Made by a program: the position numbers and the translations under genes. A DNA stretch of 64,000 nucleotides, taken from assembly GCA_963815115.1 (NCBI GenBank), contig CAWFFN010000007.1, positions 320,001 through 384,000 on the forward strand. Reading direction: 5' to 3'. The stretch's first letter is position 1. Each line of letters opens with the position of its first letter. Origin of the DNA: an uncultured delta proteobacterium (GTDB lineage: Bacteria > Desulfobacterota > Binatia > DP-6). Shown here one piece after another: positions 27,637-37,500 of this stretch. The notes under the pieces are model-generated. The model was given only the letters and a program-made list of their open reading frames with translations, had not been told where the DNA came from and did not search any database.

Positions 27637-30523
27637 ATGCGGATGCTCGCCCTCACCCGAGGGCTGTTCCCGATCGCTCTCCTCGCCGCCGCCGGTCCGG
27701 TCGCCGCGACGGTTCCCCAGGATCTGTCCCCTGGCGCAGGATCCCTGCGTCGTGAATTCCGCCCTCACGCTCACGCCGGGTTCGGTCATCGACCTCGGTG
27801 GCCGCGGCCTCCAGTTCGGTCCGGCGGCGCGGGTGATCGTGGGCGCGGGCGACGTGGTGATCTTGGCGGGACCGGTCCAGGTGCAGGCGGGAGCGCGCAT
27901 CGCGGGAACCGCGGGTCTGGCGCTCACGACTTTCGAGATCGACTCGACCGGCGCCATCCGGGTCGACGCCACGGGCGGTACGCGGGGGCGCATCGATCTG
28001 TCGGCCGACGAGATCGCCGGGTCGGTGACCCTGAGCGCGCAGACCGGCATCACCGTGACGGGCGACCTCATCGCGGACGGGACCACCCCGGACGGCAGCG
28101 GCGGCTCGATCAATCTCCTCACCGCCGGCGGCGACGTCCTCGTGAGCGGATCGCTCTCGGTCCAGGGCGGCTCGAACGCCGATGGCGGTCTCATCTTCGC
28201 CCAGGCCCCCGGCAGGGTCGACCTGTCGCAGGTGGTCGACATCTCCGGCGGCGACTTCGGCGGCGGTGAGCTCGACATCGCCGCCGGCGGGGACGCCATC
28301 GTGCGCCAGAGCGTCAATGCGAGCGGGGGTGGTCTCTCCGGCGACGGCGGGACGCTGAGCATCGATGCGGGGGGCAGCATCACCGTGCTCGGGCAGTTCA
28401 ACGGCACCGCCTCCGGTGACAGCGACGAGGGCGGCGGGTCCGGTGGGGACATGGAGCTCACCGCGGGGCAGGACGTGACGGTGAGCGGGTTGGTCGACCT
28501 GACGGGTGGGTTTCCCGACGGCGAGGGCGGCAGCTTCACCATCGACAGTGGCGGCAGCTTCACCCAGACCCAGTTCGTGAACCTGCTCGGGAACGGGATC
28601 GACGGCTGTGGCGGCTCGGTGGACATTCGGGCCGCGCGCGACATCACCACGAACCGCTACGACGTCAGCGGCGGCTCGTGCGGCGCCGGCGACGTCACCA
28701 TCCTGGGGCTCGGCACGGTGACGATTCCCGCCCAGATCGTCGCCGACGGCACCACCGGCATCTCCCAGGGCGGCATCATCAGCCTCCAGGGTCGTGACCT
28801 GGTGACGAACGACCTGGTGCGCGCCAACGGCGGCAGCCAGAGCTTCGGCGGCGTGGTCATGCTGCTGGGGTGCAACGTGACCGTCAACCAGTCGAGCGAG
28901 ATTCGGGTGCTCGGCGCGACCGGTAGCATCACCGTCACCGGGAGCGGAAGCATCGCCGTCCGGGGCAAGCTGACCGCCGGTGCGGGCGGCACCAACGCGA
29001 TCGTGTATCGCGATCCCGCGATGCCACCGACGATCACCGGACAGGTGAGTCCGCCACCGGTGAAGACGGTCGATCCGACGCTGCCGCCATGTGCAGGGGA
29101 GACGGCCGCCTGCGGGAACGGAACGCCCGACCCGGGCGAGGAGTGCGACGACGGCAACACCACCTCGTGCGACGGCTGCAGCGCGAGCTGCCGGCAGGAG
29201 GGCTGCGGCAACGGACGCGTGGAGTGCAGCGAGGAGTGCGACGCCGGGGCGCAGAACGGACAGCCGGGAAGCGGATGCGACGCCACGTGCAACGTCGTCC
29301 CGCTGCCGGGCGGGTTGCTCCTGTTTCCCGGGGGGCACTCGCGCAATTCGTGCATGGCGGAATGGCGCATCAAGCTGGCGAACGGGCTGATGAGCGGCGG
29401 CTTCCCGCTCATGAGCCAGCCCTGCGTCGACGGCGACCCCGGCTGCGATCGGGACGGGGCCACGGACGGGAAGTGCGTGTTCGAGACGGCGGTCTGCACC
29501 CACGTCACCGATGCGCGCCTTCCCGGCTGCAATCCGCTCCAGGTGGAGTCGATCTCCGTCAACAAGCCGGGTCCGCTCAGTGCGAGCGCGCCCGTCGACG
29601 TCGCCAACGCGAACGCCCTGGTCGGTGCGCTGGCGGGGCTGGGATTGACGGTGAAGGCGGGGACCAACGTCCTGGTTCCCGGCACGCCGGACGTCCAGCA
29701 CGACCATTGCACGGCGACCACCGGCATCACGGTGCCTCACCCGGCCGGCCTGTCGGCTGCCAAGACGCTCAACATCGCCGCCCGCGACGGCCTCGGTGGC
29801 CGCATGCACTCGAATCAGGTGACCCTGATCTGCGGCCCGAACACCGCGGTGTGCGGCAACGGACACATCGAGGTCGGCGAGCAGTGTGACGACGGGAACG
29901 ACGTCGCCTGTGACGGGTGCACGCCCACCTGTCGGGTCGAGCGGTGCGGCGACGGCATCGTCGAGTGCGGCGAGGGATGTGACGACGGCCCGGCCAACGG
30001 CACGCCGGGGAGCATGTGCACGGCGGCCTGCACGCAGATCGTGCCTCCGCTCCGCATTCCGGGCGGCGGCTCGAAGCGTTCCGACTGCCAGCTCGAGACC
30101 GCGATCGACCTCCAGGACGTGGTCGTGAAGGGAGATGGGACGCCGTCGAACAGGCAGGTCTGCGTCGACAACGACCCTGGCTGCGACTTCGATCCGGTGC
30201 CGGGCAGCTGTCGCTTCCATGCCTTCCTGTGCTTCGGCGGCGCCGACGACCGCCTGGCGTGCGCGGCAGACTCCGTCGCGTCCATCGAGGTGCGCAAGCC
30301 GAGCGCGAAGGACCAGGGTCCGGCGGGAGCACTGCGCCAGGCGGTGCTCCAGCGCCTGGCGGCATTCTCGCTCCCGCTTCCGGCGGGGGAACGGTGCACC
30401 CAGCGGATCGACATCGACGTGCCGGCGGGCAAGAAGCAGGCGTCCCTGGCGCTGCGCACGCGCGACACGCTCGGCGACAAGGACAGCGACTCGATCAAGC
30501 TCAGATGCTCGCCGGCGCCCTGA
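27637..30523 (+). pseudogene. Secreted Cys-rich repeat protein B (Gly-rich beta-helix, Myxococcus-type Cys repeats, duplicated Cys domain), frameshifted at about 27724-27727
   Basis: Signal peptide MRMLAL..PVAA-TVPQDL is in one frame and CPLAQDPCVVNSAL.. continues in the 27752..30523 frame. Restoring TG (CTGT to CTGTGT) gives DLCPLAQDPCVV, matching EICSGNPCVV of protein A. May be an assembly error. Confidence 0.85.
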
Positions 30524-30531
30524 AGGGCGGC

Positions 30532-31194
30532 TCAGTCGGGCGAGGGGAGGGGCGTGCCCCAGCGATCGAGGTGAGCCACCTCGGCGAGCGGCCGGCGTCG
30601 CGTCGGACCGAAACGGTCGCGGGGATGACCCAGGGGCACCAGGGCGGCCACCTCGACGTGCGCGGGGATCGCGAGGAGAGTCTTCAGGTCCTCCTCGAAC
30701 GTGCGGTGCAGGGTGGTGAGGGTGGTGCCGAGGCCGAGCGCGCGGGCGGCGAGCAGCAGGTTCTGCACCGCGGGGAAGATCGACGCGTAAGCGGCGGCAG
30801 GCGCGCGCAGCGTGCCGTCGGCTGCAACCAGCGGCCCGAGGCGCGAGTGATCCAGCCCGCAGGCGATCACGACCGGGGCCTCGTGAAACGACGAGGCCAG
30901 GTCACCCGCGGCGCGCATCATCCGCGCGTAGTGCGGCCGATCCCGCACGTCGCGATCGGCGTCGGTGGCGCTGGTGAATTGCTCCCCCGCCTCCCAGGCG
31001 GCGCGGTAGCGGCGGCCGATCTCCGCGCGCACGGCGGGGTCACGGACGACGACGAAGGCCCATGGCTCGGCCCCGCGTGCGGACGGGGCGCGCGTGGCGG
31101 CCTCGAGGAGCCGGTGCAGCGCCGCGTCGGCGACGGCATCGGGGCGGAAGCGGCGGAGCGCGCGCTGCGTCTCGACGACCTCGAAGAAATCCAC
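30532..31194 (-). CDS. Nitroreductase family protein
   Basis: QRALRRFRPDAV, AATRAPSA, PWAFVVV, QNLLLAARALGLGT, VPLGHP. GTG start. Confidence 0.92.
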   Translation of the reverse strand: MDFFEVVETQRALRRFRPDAVADAALHRLLEAATRAPSARGAEPWAFVVVRDPAVRAEIGRRYRAAWEAGEQFTSATDADRDVRDRPHYARMMRAAGDLASSFHEAPVVIACGLDHSRLGPLVAADGTLRAPAAAYASIFPAVQNLLLAARALGLGTTLTTLHRTFEEDLKTLLAIPAHVEVAALVPLGHPRDRFGPTRRRPLAEVAHLDRWGTPLPSPD

Positions 31195-31210
31195 GGAAGT
31201 CCCGGGTCGC

Positions 31211-32425
31211 TCAGACGGCTTCGAGGATCGTGGCGGCGCCCTGGCCCATGCCCCCGCAGATGGTGGCGAGGCCGAACCGCCCGCCGCGCCGGCGGAGCTC
31301 GAGCGCCGTGGTGCCGACGAGGCGCGCACCGGAGGCGCCCACCGGATGGCCGAGCGCGCAGGCACCCCCGTTCGGGTTCACGTGGGCATCGTCCCCGATG
31401 TCGAACTCGCGCATGAGCGCGATCGGCGCGCACGCGAAGGCCTCGTTCACCTCGATCACCGCCATGTCGCGCGGGCCAAGCCCGGAGCGGGCGAAGGCGC
31501 GTGCCGTGGCCGGGATGGCGGAACGGATGAGATCGGTCGGGGCGCAGGCGCCGGTCGCGATGGTGTGGATGCGCGCGAGCGGCGTGAGGCCGCGCCGTGT
31601 CGCCTCCGTGCTCGACATGACCAGGCACACGGCGGCCCCGTCGGCCTGGCCGGAGGAGGTGGCGGCGGTGATCTTGCCGTCGGCCCGGTAGACGGGCGCC
31701 AGAGCGGCGATCCTCTCGAGCGAGGTGTCGGAGCGCGGGCCCTGGTCGTCCGTGACGCCGACGGGGCGTCCCTCGAGATCGAGGCCGTCGACCGGCACGA
31801 TCTCCTCGCGCAGGCGGCTGCGCGCCGCAATCGCGCGCTGGTGGCTCCGAAGCGCCCAGCGGTCCATGTCGTCGCGGCTGATCGCGTACTGGTCGGCGAG
31901 GCGCTCGGCGCCCTGGCCGCCGTTGAGCTCGATCGGGTTCACGCGCTCGAAGAGCTTCGGGTTGGGGTTCATCGCGGCGAGCATGTGGCCGCCTTCCTTG
32001 ATGACGTCCGCCATCTCCATCCCGTCCTTGATGGTCGGGATGCGGAAGTGGGTCATGCTGTCGAGGCCGCCCGCGACGAACACGTCGCCGAGACCGCATT
32101 GAATCTGCATGACCGCGACATGCACCGACATCATGGCGGTGGTGCAGGCGCGCTCGACGCTCAGCCCGACCACGTGATCCGGGAAGCCGGCGAGGAAGGG
32201 GATGGCGGTCCCTGCATGCGCCTGCTCGCCCATCATCTCGACGGCGCCGAGGATCACCCCGTCGACGTCGCCGGGCGCGACGCCCGAGCGGCGCAGGACC
32301 TCGTGCAGCACGGCGACGGCGAGGTCGTCCGAGCGGACCTCCCGAAAGGCGCCGCGCTTCGAGTCCGCCTTCCCGAACGGTGTCCGGACGTATCCGACGA
32401 GAACCGCGTCGCGCAGCTCGGCCAT
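31211..32425 (-). CDS. Acetyl-CoA C-acyltransferase (thiolase)
   Basis: RTPFGK, VERACTT, DGAA, EVNEAFA, NPNGGACALGHPVGASG, TICGGMGQG. Confidence 0.95.
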   Translation of the reverse strand: MAELRDAVLVGYVRTPFGKADSKRGAFREVRSDDLAVAVLHEVLRRSGVAPGDVDGVILGAVEMMGEQAHAGTAIPFLAGFPDHVVGLSVERACTTAMMSVHVAVMQIQCGLGDVFVAGGLDSMTHFRIPTIKDGMEMADVIKEGGHMLAAMNPNPKLFERVNPIELNGGQGAERLADQYAISRDDMDRWALRSHQRAIAARSRLREEIVPVDGLDLEGRPVGVTDDQGPRSDTSLERIAALAPVYRADGKITAATSSGQADGAAVCLVMSSTEATRRGLTPLARIHTIATGACAPTDLIRSAIPATARAFARSGLGPRDMAVIEVNEAFACAPIALMREFDIGDDAHVNPNGGACALGHPVGASGARLVGTTALELRRRGGRFGLATICGGMGQGAATILEAV

Positions 32426-32455
32426 GGTGGCCGGGCCTGTAGCGCAGGACCGGCG

Positions 32456-34180
32456 CTACTGGCAAACCCCGTGGAAGCAGACTACCCCGTTCGGCCCGCA
32501 GCTCGTGAAGTCCGGCAGCGTGCCGTGGGTGCAGACGGCGGTCTGCTGGCCCGCCGGGCCGACCACGTTGCAGCCGTCGGCGGTGCAGGCGTTGCCGTCA
32601 CCGCAGAGGTTGGCGACGCCGGACGTGCAGGCGCCCTTCACGCAGGCGTCCTTGGCGGAGCACGGGTCCAGGCTCGCGGGGCACGGGGTGCCGTCCTGGA
32701 CATTGGTGGTGACGCACCCCTTGTTCGCCACGCAGGCGGACGCCGTGCACGGATTGGTGTCGTTGCAGTTGGGCGGCGGACCGCCGACGCACACGCCGCG
32801 GATGCACGCGTCGCCGGCCGTGCACAGATTGCCGTCCTCGCAGGTAGCGCCGGTCGCGAGCGCCGTGTGCTTGCAGCCGAGGGCCTGGTCGCAGGTGTCC
32901 GTCGTGCACGAGTTCTTGTCGTCGCAGTCGCGCGCCGGCCCGCTGACGCACTGGCCACTCTGGCAGGAGTCGCCCGCCGTGCAGAGGTTGTTGTCGGTAC
33001 AGCCCGCGCCGTCGGGTCGCGGCCGGCCGGGGCTCAGGCAGCCCTGCACCGCATCACAATCGATGGTGCAGGGGTTGTTGTCGTCGCAGGCCGGCGGATC
33101 GCTCGGCACGCAGATGTGGTTCTGGCACTTCTCGATGCCGTCGCACTTGTCGCCGTCGCTGCACTCGACGTCGGTGGTGCAGCTGCAGCGGCACTGGCCG
33201 GGCTGGCCGTTCTCGATGTTGCCCAGGCCCTGCGAGTCGCCCGCGATGCACTTCCCCGGGCAGGCGGCGTCACCGCTGGCTGCGCTGGCGTCGCACTGCT
33301 CGCCGACGGTCAGGGCGCCGTCGCCGCAGACGCCGCCACGCGCCACCTGGGCGTGCTTGCCGATCGACACCCGGCCGCCGATCGCCCGGCCCTCGAGCTC
33401 GGCGCCCGGGCCGACGCCGATCTTGCCGGTGGGCACGCGTACGTACGCCTTGACGCTCGCTGCACCCGATAGCTTGGCTGCCGGACCCGCGACGTCGATC
33501 TGGAAGTCGCCCGGGGCGAGGAGCTGGTTGGGCGACGGGCCGACGGTCGAACCGCCGCCGGCGCCGAAGCGGCCCTGGACGTTCAGGACGACGGGGTTGT
33601 CGGCGAGGAGGCTCGCGTGGCTGCCCACCTTGACGCTCGCGACGTGGTATCGACCGACGCCGCTCCCGGAGGACAGGCCGCGCAGCACGAGCTTGGCGTT
33701 CTCCGCGACGGTGATGCTGCCGTAGAATCCGGGAGCCAGGAAGACGATGTCACCGGCGGCGACCTCGACCGCCTGGCTGCCGGGGCTGACGCTCGGGAAC
33801 GCCGGCAGGTTGGCGAAGGTGATCGGCAAGGTGACGGGGAAGGGGCCGCCGGTGTTGATGTTCGAGCCGTCCTTCAGGATCGGCTCGTTCGCGAACAGCC
33901 GCCCGACGTTGGCTCCGTTCATCAGCTTGGCCCGGTCGCCGACGGCGTCGGCGGTGACCGGGCACGAGGCGCCCTTGCCGACCATCAGGACGCTGCCGGC
34001 GTTGGTCGCCGCGGCGTTGCCGCCGAGGATCAGGGCGCCGCTGCCGAGCTTGATCTGTGAGCCGGCGATGACCGCGTAGGTCCGGAAGTCGCTGGAGGGA
34101 GTCTGCGCGCCGGCGAGTCGGACCGTGGTCAGGGATGCCACGAGGGCGAGCGCCAGGAAGGCGCCGGAGGCTGTCCGCAT
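32456..34180 (-). CDS. Secreted Cys-rich repeat protein C (N-terminal beta-solenoid-like domain plus CDDxNxCT repeats)
   Basis: Signal peptide ending AGA-Q. Repeats CDDNNPCTIDC, CTDNNLCTAGDSC, CDDKNSCTTDTCD resemble Dictyostelium CTDC-type repeats. 574 aa. Confidence 0.85.
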   Translation of the reverse strand: MRTASGAFLALALVASLTTVRLAGAQTPSSDFRTYAVIAGSQIKLGSGALILGGNAAATNAGSVLMVGKGASCPVTADAVGDRAKLMNGANVGRLFANEPILKDGSNINTGGPFPVTLPITFANLPAFPSVSPGSQAVEVAAGDIVFLAPGFYGSITVAENAKLVLRGLSSGSGVGRYHVASVKVGSHASLLADNPVVLNVQGRFGAGGGSTVGPSPNQLLAPGDFQIDVAGPAAKLSGAASVKAYVRVPTGKIGVGPGAELEGRAIGGRVSIGKHAQVARGGVCGDGALTVGEQCDASAASGDAACPGKCIAGDSQGLGNIENGQPGQCRCSCTTDVECSDGDKCDGIEKCQNHICVPSDPPACDDNNPCTIDCDAVQGCLSPGRPRPDGAGCTDNNLCTAGDSCQSGQCVSGPARDCDDKNSCTTDTCDQALGCKHTALATGATCEDGNLCTAGDACIRGVCVGGPPPNCNDTNPCTASACVANKGCVTTNVQDGTPCPASLDPCSAKDACVKGACTSGVANLCGDGNACTADGCNVVGPAGQQTAVCTHGTLPDFTSCGPNGVVCFHGVCQ

Positions 34181-34193
34181 GACGCGTGCGTTC

Positions 34194-34209
34194 CGCAAGA
34201 CACATGCCA
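34194..34209 (-). promoter_or_regulatory. sigma54 promoter of Cys-rich protein C
   Basis: Minus strand reads TGGCAT-GTGTC-TTGCG. The -12 C lies 15 nt before ATG 34180. Partial IHF-like AATCAAGGGTATTA at 34246-34259. Confidence 0.8.
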
Positions 34210-34363
34210 CGGAGTGATTCCATTCGCCGACGGAAAGCATCGTTAAATCAAGGGTATTACGCTCCATCCCACTGCGCTGCCGCATGGTGTCGCGCAGCCG
34301 CAAGGGGCGTTGGGACTAGAGGGCCGGACGCGAGTCGGGAAGGCCGGTGCGACCGGCGGGCGG

Positions 34364-34425
34364 CCAGAAACTGCCTTCGATTTTCTGGACTCGACTTGCA
34401 CTCATGCATCCGTCAGGCGTGCAAG
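34364..34425. promoter_or_regulatory. Two adjacent 7-bp inverted repeats, candidate enhancer sites between divergent sigma54 promoters
   Basis: CCAGAAA(34364)-N11-TTTCTGG(34388) and CTTGCAC(34395)-N17-GTGCAAG(34425). Confidence 0.4.
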
Positions 34426-34497
34426 ACATGCCCCCTCCCTTTGGTCGCATACGGACGGCCCTTTGGGGCGGTGGCTAGTGGCCAAAGATCGTCGTGA

Positions 34498-34510
34498 AAT
34501 CAATAAGTTG
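34498..34510 (+). promoter_or_regulatory. IHF-type binding site
   Basis: AATCAATAAGTTG is an exact WATCAANNNNTTR match, 35 bp upstream of a -24 box. Confidence 0.7.
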
Positions 34511-34545
34511 ATCCAGATGAACGGGTGCCGGGCCACGGGACCCCG

Positions 34546-34561
34546 TGGCATGTTTTCTGCT
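34546..34561 (+). promoter_or_regulatory. sigma54 promoter of Cys-rich proteins D-E
   Basis: TGGCAT-GTTTT-CTGCT with GG-N10-GC spacing and an upstream IHF consensus. Confidence 0.72.
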
Positions 34562-34576
34562 GCCTGGAGGACCGCG

Positions 34577-37500
34577 ATGCGGACATACGCGAAGATTGCC
34601 CGGTGCGGCGAGTACCTACTGTTTTTGGGCCTCCTGGTCCTCGCCGCCTCGACCGCCCATGCGCTGCACAGGGAATCGCCGGACGAGTTCCGCGAGACCA
34701 GCGCCGACGACCATACCCATACCCCGGGTCGGGCGTGGGGCAACTGGGACACATTCTCGTCCACCCAGGACCTCGCCGTCCCACCGCACGGTCCAGCGAA
34801 GGCGCCCGGCCGGCAGATCTTCGTGTTCAACCTGGGCTTCTACGACTGCGCCCAGGACACCACGAAGCGGTGTGCCGACAACGACACGCCGGGCAACTGC
34901 CAGAACACGCCATGTCCGCCGATCGGGACCCCTTACCTGCGCCAGATCACCAACGGCCCGGGCGACCCCGACAACCCGACCATCAGCACGGCGACGTTCG
35001 CCGCCGTCCAGGCCGGCAACCAGGAGGACGTCTGGGTCGCCTTCGACGCCCTCGGCATCTTCGGCTGCAACCCGACCGACGCGGCGTGCACGGGCGGCGC
35101 CGCCGCGTCGCATCGCCAGATTCTTCATGTACAACCTGCTCACCACCGAGCTGCGGCAGATCACCAACTCCGCGCTCGGTGACAGCGTGCAGCCGTCGTT
35201 CAACCGGACCGGCGGCATGATGGTCTTCCAGTCGACCGCACCGCTCACCGGCTTTCCGAATCCGGCCGGAGTCCCCCAGGTCTTCGTCGTCAAGCTCAAC
35301 TTCGTCGGCAACCCGCAGCTGCCGGGGCCGATCTTCAAGCAGCTGAGCGTCGGCCCGAGCCCGGCGAACGTCATCGGCCTCGGCCCGAGCATCAACCCCA
35401 TCCTCAACGAAAACGGCACCGGGATCGCCTTCCAGTCCCGCTCCGACTTCCTGGGCGGCGGCCGTGACACAGGTATCTACCAGATCTACTACGTCGATTT
35501 CGACAAGGACACCTTCAACGTCCGGACGCTCTTCCGGATCACCAACGGCAACGCGTCGAGCGAGCACCCCCACCTGGGCTTCACCAAGGTGCCTAACCCC
35601 CAGCCCGGTGCGGACAACAAGCGCAAGGTGCTCCTCTTCGACTCCGCCGCCACGAACCTGCCCGGCGCGCAGCCGGGGGACCCGGCGCGGAAGATCTACG
35701 AGGTCGCGATCTCGGGTCTGAGTGACGACAACGGGACGCCGGATCAGTCGTGCGTCAATGGCCAGCCGAACACGGCGTGCGTCCACAACATCACGACCGG
35801 GGTATTCGGTAACTGCACGCATCCGGTCGTCGATCCTTCGGGGAGTCGTCTCGCGTTCACCTGCGACGGCGACCCGCTGCGCAACGGCAGCACGGGCAAC
35901 CAGGCCTTCGCGCTGACGCGGCAGAACTCGCAGCTCTACCAGATCACCGGCGCCGGCGAGGTGGTCGGTCCGATCTCCAACAGCATCGGCCAGTGGTTCC
36001 TCACCCTCGCCACCACCAGCGATCTCAGCCAGGGCGGCTCCTGCGGCACGCAGCTCTATATCATCGACTTCGCGGCCGGGAAGTGGGTCGCCGCGACCGG
36101 CCTCGGACAACTGCCGCCGGACGCCATCCCGCAGGGGCCGACCAGCCGTATCGGCCAGCGCAACTTCTCGATCCTCCCCGCCGGCGCGGCGGCTGGTGGC
36201 AGCGATACCGCTGTCACCACGCGCGACGGCACGACCACGACGCCGGTCGCGACCACGAAGAGCCCGATCGATCAGGGCAACATCAGCATGATCATCGGCG
36301 CCCCCGATCCGTTCCTGTTCGAGACGACCATGGAGATCCTGCAGAATCGTATCAAGCTGCCGCCGATCCGCACGCCGTTCGGCGCCGTGTGCGTGACACC
36401 GACGGACAAGGGCGTGGGCGACCTCGACTGCGACGGCGGGAAAGAAGGCGGCGACTACGTCATCACCAAGGATCACTTCACGGACGACAGCGATCCGCTG
36501 TGCGAGCAGGGCTGCCGCGAGAGCATCATGTGCCCGGACAGCTACGTGGCGCCATGGCAGTACGTCACCCTCTGCCCGTTCTGCGACTTCCCGGACCCCA
36601 CGACGCCCGGCCTGCCCCCGCCCGACACGGGGACCTGCTCGGGCGGTCCGAACGCCGGGATTCTCTGCCGGAGCGACGACGCCTGTCGCATCGGCCTCAC
36701 CTGCACGAATGACCTGATGTCGCAGTGGGCCTGTCAGGGTGCGCGGACCGTCGACGCCCAGGGCACCTTCCTTCCGGGCGGCGCGCGCATGAACTTCCCG
36801 GTGCGGCTCACCCTGTCGGGTGCAGCCGGGCCGGACCGCGAGTTCTGCTCGGGCGACGACACCTACATCAACATGCCGCCCATCGACACGCGGCTGTTCC
36901 TGACGACGGGATCGGCCACCGGCACCATCACGGATGCCGACCTGGCGCCCGATCCGACGACGCGCGCGCTGACGCTCGGCACCACGGTCACCATCACGCA
37001 GACCGGGGCTCCCTTCGACTGCGCCCGCCTCCGCACCGGCGACCTCGCGGGCGCGGCCCTGGTCGGCGTGCTGCCGATCATGAACGTTCCCAACCTGCCG
37101 GGCTTCCGCGACGTCGTCCTGAGCCTGCACTACACGCCGGACGTGGGTGCCCTGGCATCGTGCGATCCGTTCTGCCTCGACAGCAGCACGTGCGACGACG
37201 GCAACCCTTGTAACGGCGTCGAGAGCTGCAACGGCAACCGCTGCGCCGCCGGCACCCCGGTGGTGTGCGACGACGGCGTGGCCTGCAACGGCGTCGAGGT
37301 CTGTGACCCGGCCAACGGCTCGTGCGGCCCGGGCACTCCGCTCGTCTGTAACGACAACAACGTCTGCACCGGGACGGACGCCGCCGGCACGGACGCCTGC
37401 GTCGAGCCGACCGGGTGCGTGTTCACGCCCAGGATCGGGGCGACGTGCGACGACCTGGATGCCTGCACGGCGAACGACCTGTGCGTCGCCGACCCGACCG

